Source of the DNA: Mobula hypostoma
Taxonomy: Eukaryota
Reading direction: 5' to 3'
DNA length: 64,000 nucleotides
Assembly (NCBI RefSeq): GCF_963921235.1
Contig: NC_086097.1
Coordinates: 241,120,001-241,184,000 of the forward strand
Shown piece by piece: positions 13,223 through 25,919 of this stretch. The translations under genes and the position numbers were made by a program. How positions within the stretch are numbered: the first letter of the stretch is position 1; each line of letters starts with the position of its first letter. Below the pieces are notes generated by a model that worked only from the letters and a program-made list of their open reading frames with translations, was not told the origin of the DNA and searched no databases.

Positions 13223-14619
13223 ATGTAACAGCCAGAATTTTGTTTTGCTGTAGCTTTTGGTTAGCATGGAAAGAAGATAAAAAAAATTAAAAACAATTTT
13301 AACCAATTATAGCAGTTCCTCTTTTGCCCCGTTGCAAGTGATTCAACTGCTGCTGATGCTTCGTGCACTGTTTGTTGTGGAGAGCCAGTTTCCCGGTCAC
13401 CTTGCTTTCTATTTGATGAAGTGCCTTCTTTAGCTGACTAAGAACATTAGTGGTATACTTCTAACACCTGTCATCCTAAACCCTGTACTTGGTAAATATT
13501 AAGGTGTCTCCTACCTGCAAGCATATTTGTTATGTTGAAACACAGCATGATTTATGGCAGGAGTTAATTAACGTAGCATTGAAAAGGGAATATTTGGATA
13601 TCCGAACAGATATATGATTTGTACCTCTGGTTTTAGTTACTCTCCAGACTGTTGTGATTACAATACAAGACCTCTTTACAGAGGTAAACATTGGCCTGCC
13701 TAGACCCGTAAAGTGTTTTGGTATAAAACTGGCTGACACTGTGTCTACAACACTCCACTCATCCTGGCACCCAAATGCCATCAGGGAGATGCTGCAAGTC
13801 CATCACCACCAGGACTACATGTCTCTGAAGCCTCTTGCCTGTAGCTATCCAGCTCCTCAACAAAACTCACTCAGCAGTAATACCCTAAATGTCCCTGGCA
13901 AACATGCGTTAAATGGCCTTTCCTGCTCTCATTGTTCCATTGATAATTATTGAGTCTGTTCATATGTTCACATTTACTTAAGATTGATTATTGACATCTG
14001 CACATGTGACCATTCTGCTAATTGTTTTTTGCTCGTGACTGTTTGCACTGTTGTCCTGTAAATTGTTGGTTGCTATTGTATTGGTCTGTTATGATTTTGT
14101 CCTGTGGTTTATGCTTGGCACCAAACCACAATGAATTCTGGTATGTTTTACAAAATAGCAATAAACTGATTCTGATTCTGAATAGAACTGTAATGGGAAG
14201 AAGTTTTAGTTATGTTCAAAACTATGTCTTTACTCCAACTCTTTGCCATCTCATCTACTAACAGAATACTTTGTATTTTCAACAGCCTCCTACCCCTTGT
14301 TATATTTCCCTGGTTCAATTCAGATTCAGGCTCAAATTCCAAGTTCAAAAAGTTCAAAGTTCAATATAAATTTATTATCAAAGTACATATATGTCACCAT
14401 ATATTCAATGAGATTCAAATTTTTTGCAGGCATACCGGGAGTTCAACCAGTGTGCAAAACCCAACAAACTGTGCAAATACAAGATAAATAAATAAGCAAC
14501 AAATATCGAGAAGTGAGATGACAAGTCCTTGAAAGTCAGTATATACATGTGACTGATTAATCTCACATCCATCATTTACGTTAACAACCAGCACAACCTG
14601 GGAGGTACAGTAGGACTCT

Positions 14620-14850
14620 CGTTAACACATCATTTACAGTGCCAACATCTGAGGTTCAACTCCCACCGCAGTCTGTAAGGAGTTTCTCTGCTCTCACCAG
14701 GACGGCTTGGGATCCCTCCAGGTGCGCTGGTCCCCTCCCATATTTCAAAGACATATGGGTTAATTGGTTAATTGGTCACATGGGTGTAATTGGGCGCTCG
14801 GGCTCATTGGGCTGGAAAAGCCAGTTATAAAGCTGTATCTCTAAATAAAA
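14620..14850 (+). mobile_element. tRNA-derived V-SINE/HE1-like SINE
   Basis: B box GGTTCAACTCC, V-domain-like core, AATAAAA end. Confidence 0.7.
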
Positions 14851-15823
14851 GAAAGTCCAATTGATGTGAAGGGGGCAGCCTGTAAGTGTTGTCACACATT
14901 CCAGCGCCAATATAGCATGCACACAATGCCTTGCGGAATAGCATAGAACACAATAAAACAGAGCACAACTAAAGAATAACAGAACAGCCCCATTCCTTCC
15001 TCCCACTCACCCATGTACAGACTCACAGTCACCCAGCCCCAGGCCAGGCCATCAATGGCTTCCAGCAGAGGGCCTGTCAATTCTCACTCCATTTTCTTTC
15101 TCTCTGATTGCCCCTTGTGCTGATTATTTACATTGATAAATTCATCCATCTGCTTTGTAATTCGTGATGCCATACAGTACTGTGCAGAACATAAGAAATA
15201 TTAGCAGGAGTTGGCCATCTGGCCCATTGAGCCTGCTCCGCTATTTAATAAGATCATGGCTGATCTGACCATGGACTCATCTCCACCTACCTGCCCTTTT
15301 CCCCACAACCCTTAATTCCCCTACGCTGCAAAAACCTATCCAACCTTGTCTTAAGTATATTCTTTTCAATATTTTTATTAGTTTCTACAGAGAAGAATAC
15401 AGAGTACAAGAAAGTGTATATAAAAGGTCAAAAAAGATTTTAAAAAACTACCAATTACATTATATCTGTTCATAATAACAATCTAATTACCCCGTATTCA
15501 TGTAAGTTAGTCAATAGTTATATCGAAATATACTAATTTATTACAAAAAAGGAGTCTAACCCCTACCAAGACTGAGGCTGTTTATTAAGGAAAAAAAAGG
15601 TAAAAATATCTTTTCGTATAATAAAAAATTAATAGTAACCAACATCTGAATTTAAACAATGAATTGAGGGTTTTGAAAGTTTTGAAAATTATTCAGAAAG
15701 GGTCCCCACAATGTTTGAAAGTCTTGACGAGATTCAGAAATTGAACAACGAATCTTCTCTAAACCTAAGCATGATATAATGTCGCATAACCAATTATGTG
15801 ACGTTATGCACAATTATGCACAT

Positions 15824-17345
15824 AGAAACATAGAAAATAGGTGCAGAAGTAGGCCATTCAGCCCCTCGAGTCTGCACCACCATTCAGTATGATCATGGCT
15901 GATCATCCAACTCAGAACCCTGTACCTGCCTTCTCTCCATACCCACTGATCCCTTTAGCCACAAGGGTCATATCTAACTCCCTCTTAAATATAGACAATG
16001 AACTGGCCTCAACTGTTTCCTGTGGCAGAGAATTCCACAGATTCACCACTCTCTGTGCGAAGAAGTTTTCCCTAATCTTGGTCCTAAAAGGCTTCCCCTT
16101 TATCCTTAAACTGTGACCCCTCGTTCTGGACTTCCCCAACATCGGGAACAATCTTCCTGAATCTAGCCTGTCAAATCCCTTTAGAATTTTATACGTTTCA
16201 ACAAGATCCCCCCTAAATCTTCTAAATTCCAGTGAGTATAAGCCTAGTCGATCCAGTCTTTCATCATATGAAAGTCCTGCCATCCCAGGAATCAATCTGG
16301 TGAACCTTCTTTGTACTCCCTCTATGGCAAGAATGTCTTTCCTCAGATTAGGTGACCAAAACTGCACACAATACTCCAGGTGTGGTCTCACCAAGGCCTT
16401 GTACAACTGCAGTAGAACCTCCCTGCTCCTGTACTCGAATCCTCTCGCTATAAATGCCAGCATACCATTCGCCTTTTTCACCGCCTGCTGTACCTGCATG
16501 CCCACTTTCAATGACTGGTGTACAATGACACCCAGGTCTCGTTGCACCTCCCCTTTTCCGAATTGGCCACCATTCAGATAATAATCTGTTTTCCTGTTCT
16601 TGCCACCAAAGTGAATAACATCACATTTATCCACATTAAATTGCATCTGCCATGAATTTGCCCACTCACCTAACCTATCCAAGTCACCCTGCATCCTCTT
16701 AGCATCCTCCTCACAGCTAACACTGCCACCCAGCTCCGTGTCATCCGCAAACTTGGAGATGCTGCATTTAATTCTCTCGTCTAAGTCATTAATTATATAT
16801 TGTAAAAAATTGGGGTCCCAGCACCGAGCCTTGCGGTACCCCACTAGTCACTGCCTGCCATTCTGAAAAGGTCCCGTTTATTCCCACTCTTTGCTTCCTG
16901 TCTGCCAAACAATTCTCTATCCACATCAATACCATACCCCCAATTCGGTGTGCTTTAAGTTTGCACACTAATCTCCTGTGTGGGACCTTGTCAAAAGCCT
17001 TTTGAAAATCCAAATATACCACATCCACTGGTTCTCCCCTATCCACTCTACTAGTTACATCCTCAAAAAATTCTATAAGATTCGTCAGACATGATTTTCC
17101 TTTCACAAGTCCATGCTGACTTTTTCCGATGATTTCACCGCTTTCTGAATGTGCTGTTATCGCATCTTTGATAACTGACTCTAGCATTTTCCCCACCACC
17201 GATGTCAGGCTAACCGGTCTATAATTCCCAGGTTTCTCTCTCACTCCTTTTTTTAAAAGCAGGGTTACATTAGCCACCCTCCAAACCTCAGGAACTAATC
17301 CAGAATCTAAATTTTCAGAATCAGATTTAATCCAGAATCCAGAAT
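15824..17345 (-). mobile_element. CR1 LINE, 5'-truncated, young
   Basis: ORFs 16789-17277 and 15912-16844 with SKFADDT; CATAGAAA tail; CACAT duplicated at 15819-15823 and 17346-17350. Confidence 0.95.
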
Positions 17346-17392
17346 CACATTTCCTATAAGCTCAGATAAGAACTTACTAGACGTAATTTTTA

Positions 17393-18142
17393 ACCATATC
17401 TAACAATTACAGCATGGAAACAGGCCATCTCAGCCCTTCTAGTCCGTGCCAAACGCTTACTCTCACCTAGTCCCACCATCCTGCACTCAGCCCATAACCC
17501 TCCATTCCATTCCTTTCCTGTCCATATAACTATCCAATTTAACTTTAAACAACAACATTGAACCTGCCTCAACCACTTCTGCTGGAAGCTAGTTCCACAC
17601 AGCTACCACTCTCTGAGTAAAGAAGTTCCCCTTCATGTTACCCCTAAACTTTTGTCCTTTAACTCTCAACTCATGTCCTCTTGTTTGAATCTCCCCCACG
17701 CTCAATGGAAAAAGCCTATCCACGTCAACTCTATCAATCCCCCTCATAATTTTAAATACCTCTATCAAGTCCCCCCTCAACCTTCTACGTTCCAAAGAAT
17801 AAAGACCCAACTTGTTTAACCTTTCTCTGTAACACAGGTAATGAAACCCAGGTAACATTCTAGTAAATCTTCTCTGTACTCTCTCTATTTTGTTGACATC
17901 TTTCCTATAATTCGGTGACCAGAACTGTACTAAATACTCCAAATTTGGCCTTACCAATGCCTTGTACAATTTCAACATTACATCCCAACCCCTAAACTCA
18001 ATGCTCTGATTTATAAAGGCCAGCATACCAAAAGCTTTCTTCACCACCCTATCCACATGAGATTCCACCTTCAGGGAACTATGCACCATTATTCCTAGAT
18101 CCCTCTGTTCTACTGCATTCTTCAATGCCCTACCATTTATGT
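17393..18142 (-). mobile_element. CR1 LINE 3' fragment
   Basis: ORF 17589-18125 with EQRDLG and LVRPNLEY. Confidence 0.92.
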
Positions 18143-19307
18143 CCTATTTTAATTTGACATCTTTTCATAATGGTTCAATATTTAATATTTATGGTATGTT
18201 ACTGGAGACGAGGAATGTTCCTTTACACAAAATTAGGAATCTCTGGGAACAAGATTTACAGACATCAATATCTGAGAAAACTTGGAATGAAATGTTTAAG
18301 CTGGTTAATACTTCATCGCTATGTGCTTGCCATTCCCTCATACAATTTAAGGTGGTACATAGGGACCATATGACTAAAGATAAGCTATCTCCTTTTAATT
18401 CGGATATATCTCCCTACTGTGACAGATGTAATAATGGAGAAGCTTCATTAATTCACATGTTTTGGACTTGTCTGTGTCTTGAAAACTATTGGAAGGAAGT
18501 TTTTCAAACTTTTTCTTTACTTTTCAACGTCAATTTTAAGCCTTATTCCTCTGACGGCCCTATTCGGTATTGTTGCAGGACAAGATATCAAGCTGAAGAC
18601 ATCTGTTTTACATATTTTGGCCTTTAGCTCTCTTATAGCTAGGAGAGTGTTTTTGTTTAAATGGAAAAATGTTTTTCCTCCTACTCATGCTCAATGGTTA
18701 AGTATATTTACTGAGGTAGCCTCCACTGCTTCATTGGGCAGAGAATTCCACAGATTCACCACTCTCTGGGAAAAGCAGTTCCTCCTCATCTTTGTCCTAA
18801 ATCTACTCCCCCGAATCTTGAGGCTATGTCCCCTAGTTCTAGTCTCACCCACCAGCGGAAACAACCTTCCGACTTCTATCTTATCTATCCCTTTCATAAT
18901 TTTATACGTTTCTATAGATCTCCTCTCATTCTTCTGAATTCCAGTGAGTACAGTCCCAGGTGACTCAATCTCTCCTCATAGTCAACCCGCTCATCTCTGA
19001 AATCAGCCTGGTGAACCTCCTCTGCACCACCTCCAAAGTCAGTATATCCTTCCTCAAGTAAAGAGACCAGAACTGCACACAGTACTCCAGGTGCGGCCTC
19101 ACCAGTACCCTGTATAGTTGCAGCATAACCTTTCTGTTCTTAAAAGTCAATCCCTCTAGCAATGAAGGACAACATTCCATTTGCCTTCTTGGTAGCCTGC
19201 TGAAGAAGTCTTAGGTGCATATAGTTAAAGACTTTTGCACAGTATATTATATCTTTCCAGTTACCAAATATCACGTACTACTGAGCCAATACAAAGCTAA
19301 GTACTTT

Positions 19308-19665
19308 TATGTGGGGTATAGAAAGGGTAAATGCAGATAGGCTTCTTCTAATGAGGTTGGCTGGGACTGAAACCAGAGGTCATGGATTAAGGGTGAAAGG
19401 TGAAAAATTTAAGGGAAACATAAGGGGAAACTTCTTCACTCAGAGGGTATTGAGAGTGTGGAATGTGCTACCAGTACATGAGGTGGATGCAGGGTCAGTT
19501 TCAATGTTTAAGAGAAGTTTGGATAGGTGCATGGATGGTAGGGCTATGAAGGACGATGGTCCCGGTGCAGGTCGACGGGAGTAAGCAGTTTAAGTGGTTC
19601 AGCACAGACTGGATGGGCTGAAGGGCCTGTTTCTGTGCTGTAGTCTTCTATGACTCTGTGACTCT
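19308..19665 (+). mobile_element. CR1 LINE 3' end
   Basis: TRGHGLRVKGEKF, NFFTQRV; TGACTCT-type tail. Confidence 0.85.
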
Positions 19666-19760
19666 TTGACTTTTCCCTTATTTGTGTTTCCCAACCACCT
19701 TCCTATTTTAACCAATATACAGTACTGTGCAAAACTCTTAGTAACAGTACTGTCTCCCTA

Positions 19761-20515
19761 AACACAAAATACTCTGCAGATGCGGGGGTCAAAGCAATAC
19801 TCACAACACACTGGAGGAACTCAGCAGGTCGGGCAGCTGAAAAGATCCATGGAAAAGATCAGTCAACGTTTCGGGCCGGAACCCTTCGTCAGGACTGTAG
19901 AGGGAAGGGGCAGAGGCCCTATAAGGAGGGTGGGGGGAGGGTGGGAAGGAGAAGGCTGGTAGGTTCCAGGTGAAAAACCAGTAAGGGGAAAGATAAAGGG
20001 GTGGGGGCGGGGAGGCAGGGAGGTGATAGGCAGGAAAGGTGAAGAAGGAATAGGGGAAAACACAATGGGTAGTAGAAGGAGGCGGAACCATGAGGGAGGT
20101 GATAGGCAGCTGGGAGGAGAGTTGGTATGAACATAGAATTCTCCAACCTCCGGTAATTCCCTCCCCCTCCCTTCCCCAATCCCAGTTTCACTCTGCCCCC
20201 TCCTCCAGCTGCCTCTCATCTCCCTCATGGTTCTGCCTTCTTCTACTACCCATTGTGTTTTCCCCTATTCTTTCTTCACCTTTCCTGCCTATCACCTCCC
20301 TGCTTCCCCTCCCCCACCCCTTTATCTTTCCCCTTACTGGCTTTTCACCTGGAACCTACCAGCCTTCTCCTTCCCACCCTCCCCCCACCTTCTTTATAGG
20401 GCCTCTGCCCCTTCCCTCTACAGTCCTGACGAAGGGTTCCGGCCTGGAACGTCGACTGATCGTTTCCACAGATGCTGCCGGACCTGCTGAGCTCCTCCAG
20501 TGTGTTGTGAGTGCT
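19761..20515 (+). mobile_element. Penelope-like element 3' end preceded by a long inverted pseudo-LTR
   Basis: ~320-bp inverted arms (~19795-20118 and ~20197-20515); hammerhead motifs at 19860-19897 (-) and 20421-20458 (+). Confidence 0.85.
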
Positions 20516-22149
20516 GTATCTCTTTTGCCCTGTAAGCCATTTCTCCTTTTAGCTTCCCTCACTCTCGTTCGGCTTCAGAATCAACTTTAACCCCACCAAG
20601 CATGTGAACAATCGAAAGGTGAAATCACTCTTTACAGGAATGTAACAGAGCATATTGTCTCAAATATTAAGTCTGTTAAATTCACCCAACCAAGAAACCT
20701 TGCTTCAAGTTAAAATTAGTTCTACAGTATTGCCCTTCAAGTAGATCTGTCTACACATCTCATTAAGTCTTTTCATTTTGTCAACAATCTGTCTTTTCTC
20801 ACTGGTAACACTTCCTTCCTCCTTCCTTAGTGTTACTTCTCCCTAATGAGCTCCTTCAATGTTACGATATTGTTTAACCTATTGCTATATTTTGACTCTG
20901 TCACGTGTGTTTGTAAGAACACATCGATCTGCAGAGAAGTTCAGTCAATTCCTGACTTTTAAGCATGTTACCGAGTGGATGAGCAGCTTGTTATAGTAGA
21001 GAGAGTTCAGGGAAAGGTGAGAACAGTTTCGGGTTCTGCTTTTTATAGGATATCCTGCCTTCAAAGTCAAAGATCTCTACCCTACATAGGATGAGAAGTT
21101 ACCTGTTAAAAGTATAGGGGTCATGTGGGTGGGATCAAGGACACCAAGTTTCACCAAACTACTGCTGATGCCATCTCCCAGTTTACCTTGAACCTGGTGC
21201 CCGTGGCGACAGGGGGAAGACCGAATGCTCCTGTCCTCCTTGCGCGGTTTTTCTACGGTACCTATAGCAGCTAGAGAAATTGGTTGAAAAGTGGCAGATG
21301 GTATTTAATGCAGACAAGTCTGAGGTGTTGCACTTTGGGAGGACAAATCACATGGTCCGTAGTAGAGCGTTGAAGAGTGTGTCAAAGCAGAGGGACCTGG
21401 GAACACAGCTCCATAATTCACTGAAGGAAGCATCACAAATAGACAGGATAAATGTAAGCAGGTTTTCTCCACTGAGGTTGGGTGAGACTAGAATTAGAAG
21501 TCATGGGTTAAGGATGATATTTAAAGCTCAAAGTAAATATATTATTAAAGTAGATATATCTCACCATCTATAGCCCGAGATTCATTTTCTTGCGGGCATA
21601 CACAGTAAATCCAAGAAACACAATAGAATCAATGAGAGACCGCAACCAACAGGATAGACAAACAACCAATGTGCAAAACACGACAAGCTGTGCACATATA
21701 AAAGAAAAAATAATAAATAAATAAGCAATAAATATCAAGAACATGAGATGAATAATCCTGGAAAGTCAGTCCACAGGTGGTGGGAGCAGTTCAGTAATGG
21801 GGTAAGTGAAGTTATCCCGTCTGGTTCAAGAGCCTGATGGTTGAGGGTTAATAACTGTTCCTGAAGCTGGTGGTGTGGGTCCTGAGGCTCCTGTACCTCA
21901 AAGCGAAAGTTGAAATGTTTAACGCAGAACATAAGGAGGAACTACTTCATTGTGGTGTGAGTGTGGAATGAATTACCAACAGAAGTCATGAATCCATGGA
22001 ATTAATTGTGGAGGCCAAGTCATTGAGTATATTTAAAGCAGAGATCGACAGGTTCTTGATCAGTAAGGGTGTTAAAAGTTAGGCAGGAAAATGAGGTTGG
22101 GACAGAAAATGCACTCAGTTGTCACTTTATTAGGTTCACATGAACACCT

Positions 22150-22751
22150 CACAAAAAGAGAAAATCTGCAGATGCTGGAAATCTGAGCAACACACACAAA
22201 ATGCTGGAGGAACTCAGCAGGCCAGGCAGCATCAGTGGGATTCCACTCCCATTCTGATATGTCCATCCATGGCCTCCTCCACTGTTGGGATAAGGCCACA
22301 CTTAGGTTGGAGGAACAACACCTTATATTCCGTTTGGGTAGCCTCCAACCTCATGGCATGAATGTTGATTTCTCAACCTTCCAGTAATCCCTCCACAGCC
22401 CTTTCCCCTTCACCATTTCCCATCCCCTTGTCCCACTCTCATGTTATCTCCTTGCCCGCCCATCACCTCCCTCTGGTGCTCCCCTGCGCCACCCCCCGCC
22501 TTTCTTCTTTCTTCCATGGCCTTCTGTCTCTTTCACCAATCAACTTCCCAGCTGCTTGCTTCATCCTTCCCCCCTCCAAGTTTCACCTATCGCCTAGCGT
22601 TTCTCTCTCGCCTCCCCGCATCTTTTAAATCTACTCCTCAGCTTTTTTTCTCCAGTCCTGCCAAAAGGTTTCGGCCCGAAACGTCGACTGCACTTCTTTC
22701 CATCAATGCTGCCTGGCCTGCTGAGTTCCACCAGCATTTTGTGTGTGTTGC
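22150..22751 (+). mobile_element. Penelope-like element: GIY-YIG domain C-terminus plus pLTR, with a short inverted pLTR at 5'
   Basis: HSHSDMSIHGLL...RLEEQHLIFRLGSLQPHGMN; 22187-22232 is the inverse of 22706-22751. Confidence 0.85.
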
Positions 22752-25279
22752 CTAAAACATTGTGTACCTATTCCTTGATGGTAGCAACGAGAAGAGGGCA
22801 TGACCTGACGTATGGTTAGGGTTAGGGTTAGGAAGCTGTGGGCATGCTGTGTTGATGCCAGAGGCGTGGATACACTTACAGGCTGCCCCCAGCTCAATCC
22901 TTGGACTATTTTGGTCATTGACACAAACGACGCAGTTCACTGTGCGCTTCCATGTTTCAGAGTACATGTGTCAGATGAAGCTAATCTTTCCCTTTTATTC
23001 TAATCAGTTAACTTACAGCTTTTTATGAATGTGTATCTGATGCTACGGGGCTGAGTTACCGCTGCAAGTAAGTTTTTCACTGCACCTGTGCATAAATGTG
23101 CTTATGACAATAAACTCAACCTCGACTTTGAGATTGCATATGATTTTTGCATTTTAATATGCTGTGAGATGGTCAGCCTCCTCAGCGCAGAAATCTGAGT
23201 AGTTAGTCATGTGACATCAGAATGCGACTTTGACCTTGAGCTGTGAACATTGTATTGCACCCAGAAAAGACAACAAGCCGTATTGTATAATTGAAGATCT
23301 CTGGAGTAGTGTAGGTCCATTGGAAGTTATCCGTTCCCGAAATCTTACCATCAAGTTCTGAAAGCATTGCTCCAGGTACTGCAGGAAAAAACACACAACA
23401 CCTGCTTGGGGACTGTGGTTATGATTGTTCACATTCTCATCACAGAAGTCAAACTTTTCCACACTGTTCACCATCAAATCCACTGCCCTTTCACTGTCTG
23501 CGTTACCTAGGTACCTCCCACATCCCTCCGACAGTTTCTAGTGGAGCTCTTCTCTGAGACAGGGATTGCAGTTCAAATGAACTGGCATGAGCTCTTTCAG
23601 ATTGTGCTGGATCCCAGGATGAGCACAGCACAAGTTCTCTTTTCATTTGGCGATATATATGTATGATAATAACTTGAAATTGAACTTGACCGCTCACACT
23701 AACCTGTGCATCTTTGGAACGTGGGAGGAAACTGGAGCATCTGGAGGAAACGATGTAATCATGGGGAGAGCGAACAGATAGACAGCAGTGGGAATTGAAA
23801 ACCAATCTTACAGTCGGCACTGTAAAGTGTTGAGCTAACACTACGATATCATTATCAAAAAAAAATGAAGGCTCTGATTGGAAAACATGTTTGCAACTAA
23901 ATATTTAAGCATTTCCAAGAGAGATTTTCAGAACTATAACATTTGAATACAACCATTGCCCCTTAGGAAGTGAGAACCAAACAGCAAATTGTACCTTATT
24001 GAAGGATCAGTGAAGACTTACGTTGCTTCTGTCTCGCAGGACAGAGACTCAGGCTGGGATGCCATCAAAAATCTTAACTCCAATAAGCATCACTGGCATA
24101 CATGCTCTCTTTCCCAACCCTGGAGTTGGGTTTTGGTCCTGTAAATCATCCCACTTTTCTTTCAGGATATCTGTGGTTAAAATTCAGACAAATGCTTTTC
24201 TTTCCCCTGCCAAATATTAGGCTGACTGAGAATGCCACTGTAAACATAATGAGTCCTAACCTGAAAATTGTTTTTCACAGTTCAATTCATACCAGTGAAG
24301 AAAATCAAAATGAGATTTCTTTAAATTTGAGAAGCCAGAAATAATTGACTTTACTGTGAAGCATGGCACATTATCCCTCTCGATTGTGCTTTAAAGTTAT
24401 GTGAACTATAATATCAAAGTTCAAGGTAACTTTATTATCAAAGTACCTACCGTATATGTCACCATATGCTACCCTGAGATTCATTTTCTTGCAGGAATTC
24501 ACAGTAGAACTGAGGAATACAATAAAATCAATGAAAACCTCCACACAAAAGCAGCCAATATGAAAAAGAAGTGTGCAAATACAAAATAATAAATAGACAA
24601 ACAACCAAATACACACATAAATGAATAAATACAAAAAAATAAATAATATTGAGAAAGTGAGTTGTAGAGTCGTTAAAATTAAGTCCATAGGCTGTGTTCC
24701 GTGATTGGTTCAGTGTTGGGGTGAGTGAAGTTACCCACACTGGTTCAGGAGCCTGATGGTTGAAGGGCAATAACTGTTCCTGAACCTACTGGTGTGGGAC
24801 CTAAGGCTCCTGTACCTCAATGCTACAGAATTCCAATAAAATATTTCTCTACTTACTATTTCACCTAGTTGCCAAGAATATATAAATAGCTGGATTCTGT
24901 AGAGACGAATTATATATCCTGGGGTCTGAGGCATACCATTGGGACAGAGTAGACGGGGTTGCAGAGACGTGGAAGACTTGCTGGACTTCATTGCTGGCAG
25001 AACTCGGCGGCTCGAGCAGCACCTGTCGAGGTGCGGTGGGGGAGGACGTTGTCAGCATTTTAGGCTGAGATCCTGCATCAGGACTGAGAGTGGAGGGAAA
25101 AGATAGGAGTATAAAGATTAGTGGAGGTGAAGTGAGGCAGTGGCTGGTGTGTGATGGGTGATGTGAGAAGGGGTGAGGGATATATCTGGGAGATGGGGGG
25201 GGTGCTGGGTAAAATTTGGAAACTGTCAAGGAAAAAGACAAAGGATAAAGGACTGTGAGTTCTTAGGGGTTTCCCCATC

Positions 25280-25720
25280 ATTCACGGGGACATTTATCAG
25301 GCGCGCCGTGTAGGCAGGGTTCTTAGTATTACCCAGGATCCCACCCGTCCATCCAGCATCCTCTTTGATATTCTACCATCAGGCAGGAGACTCTGATGCA
25401 CAAAGACAAGAACAGTCAGGATGGGAAACAGCTTCTTCCCTCAGGCCATTAGGCTTCTGAACTCCCTACTGCATCACATTCAAAGTGTCACCGGATAACT
25501 TGTGCTATACCCTACAATATTTAATTGATGCACTTTATTTTGTTTATCTATGCATAATTCATTCATAGATTTAATTCTTGCATTCCTAAGTTATTGTATG
25601 CTAATATGTGTTACATGTACCATTGTGCTTTACACCCTGGTCTGGAGAAGCCTTGTCTGCTTTGGTGGCATATACGTATTGTGTATAGTTTAATGACAAT
25701 AAATGTGATGACTTGACTTG
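25280..25720 (+). mobile_element. Rex/Babar LINE 3' fragment
   Basis: DPTRPSS.LF..LPSGRR..NSFFPQAIRLLN; (TGACT)n tail. Confidence 0.75.
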
Positions 25721-25859
25721 AAAGGAAGGGAAAAAGGAACTGATGGGGTCTTGGGAGGGGGCAGTGTAGGGTGAAGATGGAGCCTGAGACCAGAAGGTGG
25801 TAAGTAGTGGGCACATATATATGGTGATATATATAAGGTTAGGGTTAGGGTTAGGTTTT

Positions 25860-25866
<7 letters not shown>

Positions 25867-25912
<46 letters not shown>
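25867..25912. repeat. (GA)n microsatellite at a CR1 5' junction
   Basis: Direct reading. Confidence 0.95.

Positions 25913-25919
<7 letters not shown>

Larger units (their letters stand above)
15362..18697 (-). mobile_element. L1/Tx1-clade LINE 3' end with 5' inversion (3' piece 15362-15792 on minus; inverted pieces 15811-15823, 17346-17392, 18148-18697 on plus)
   Basis: Zinc-knuckle region CDRCNNGEASLIHMFWTC, QFKVVHR; PPTHAQWL continues as WLCDIISCL on the opposite strand; 11-bp TSD at 15351-15361 and 18698-18708. Confidence 0.85.
15188..19202 (-). mobile_element. CR1 LINE 3' part (pieces 15188-15361 and 18698-19202), host of the nested L1
   Basis: Continuous CR1 sequence once the insert bounded by TSD TTAAGTATATT is removed; flanked by the two halves of a Tc1-type MITE. 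Confidence 0.9.

Noticed and set aside
24015..24175. Several splice-like signals on both strands
   Set aside because: No consistent open exon could be built
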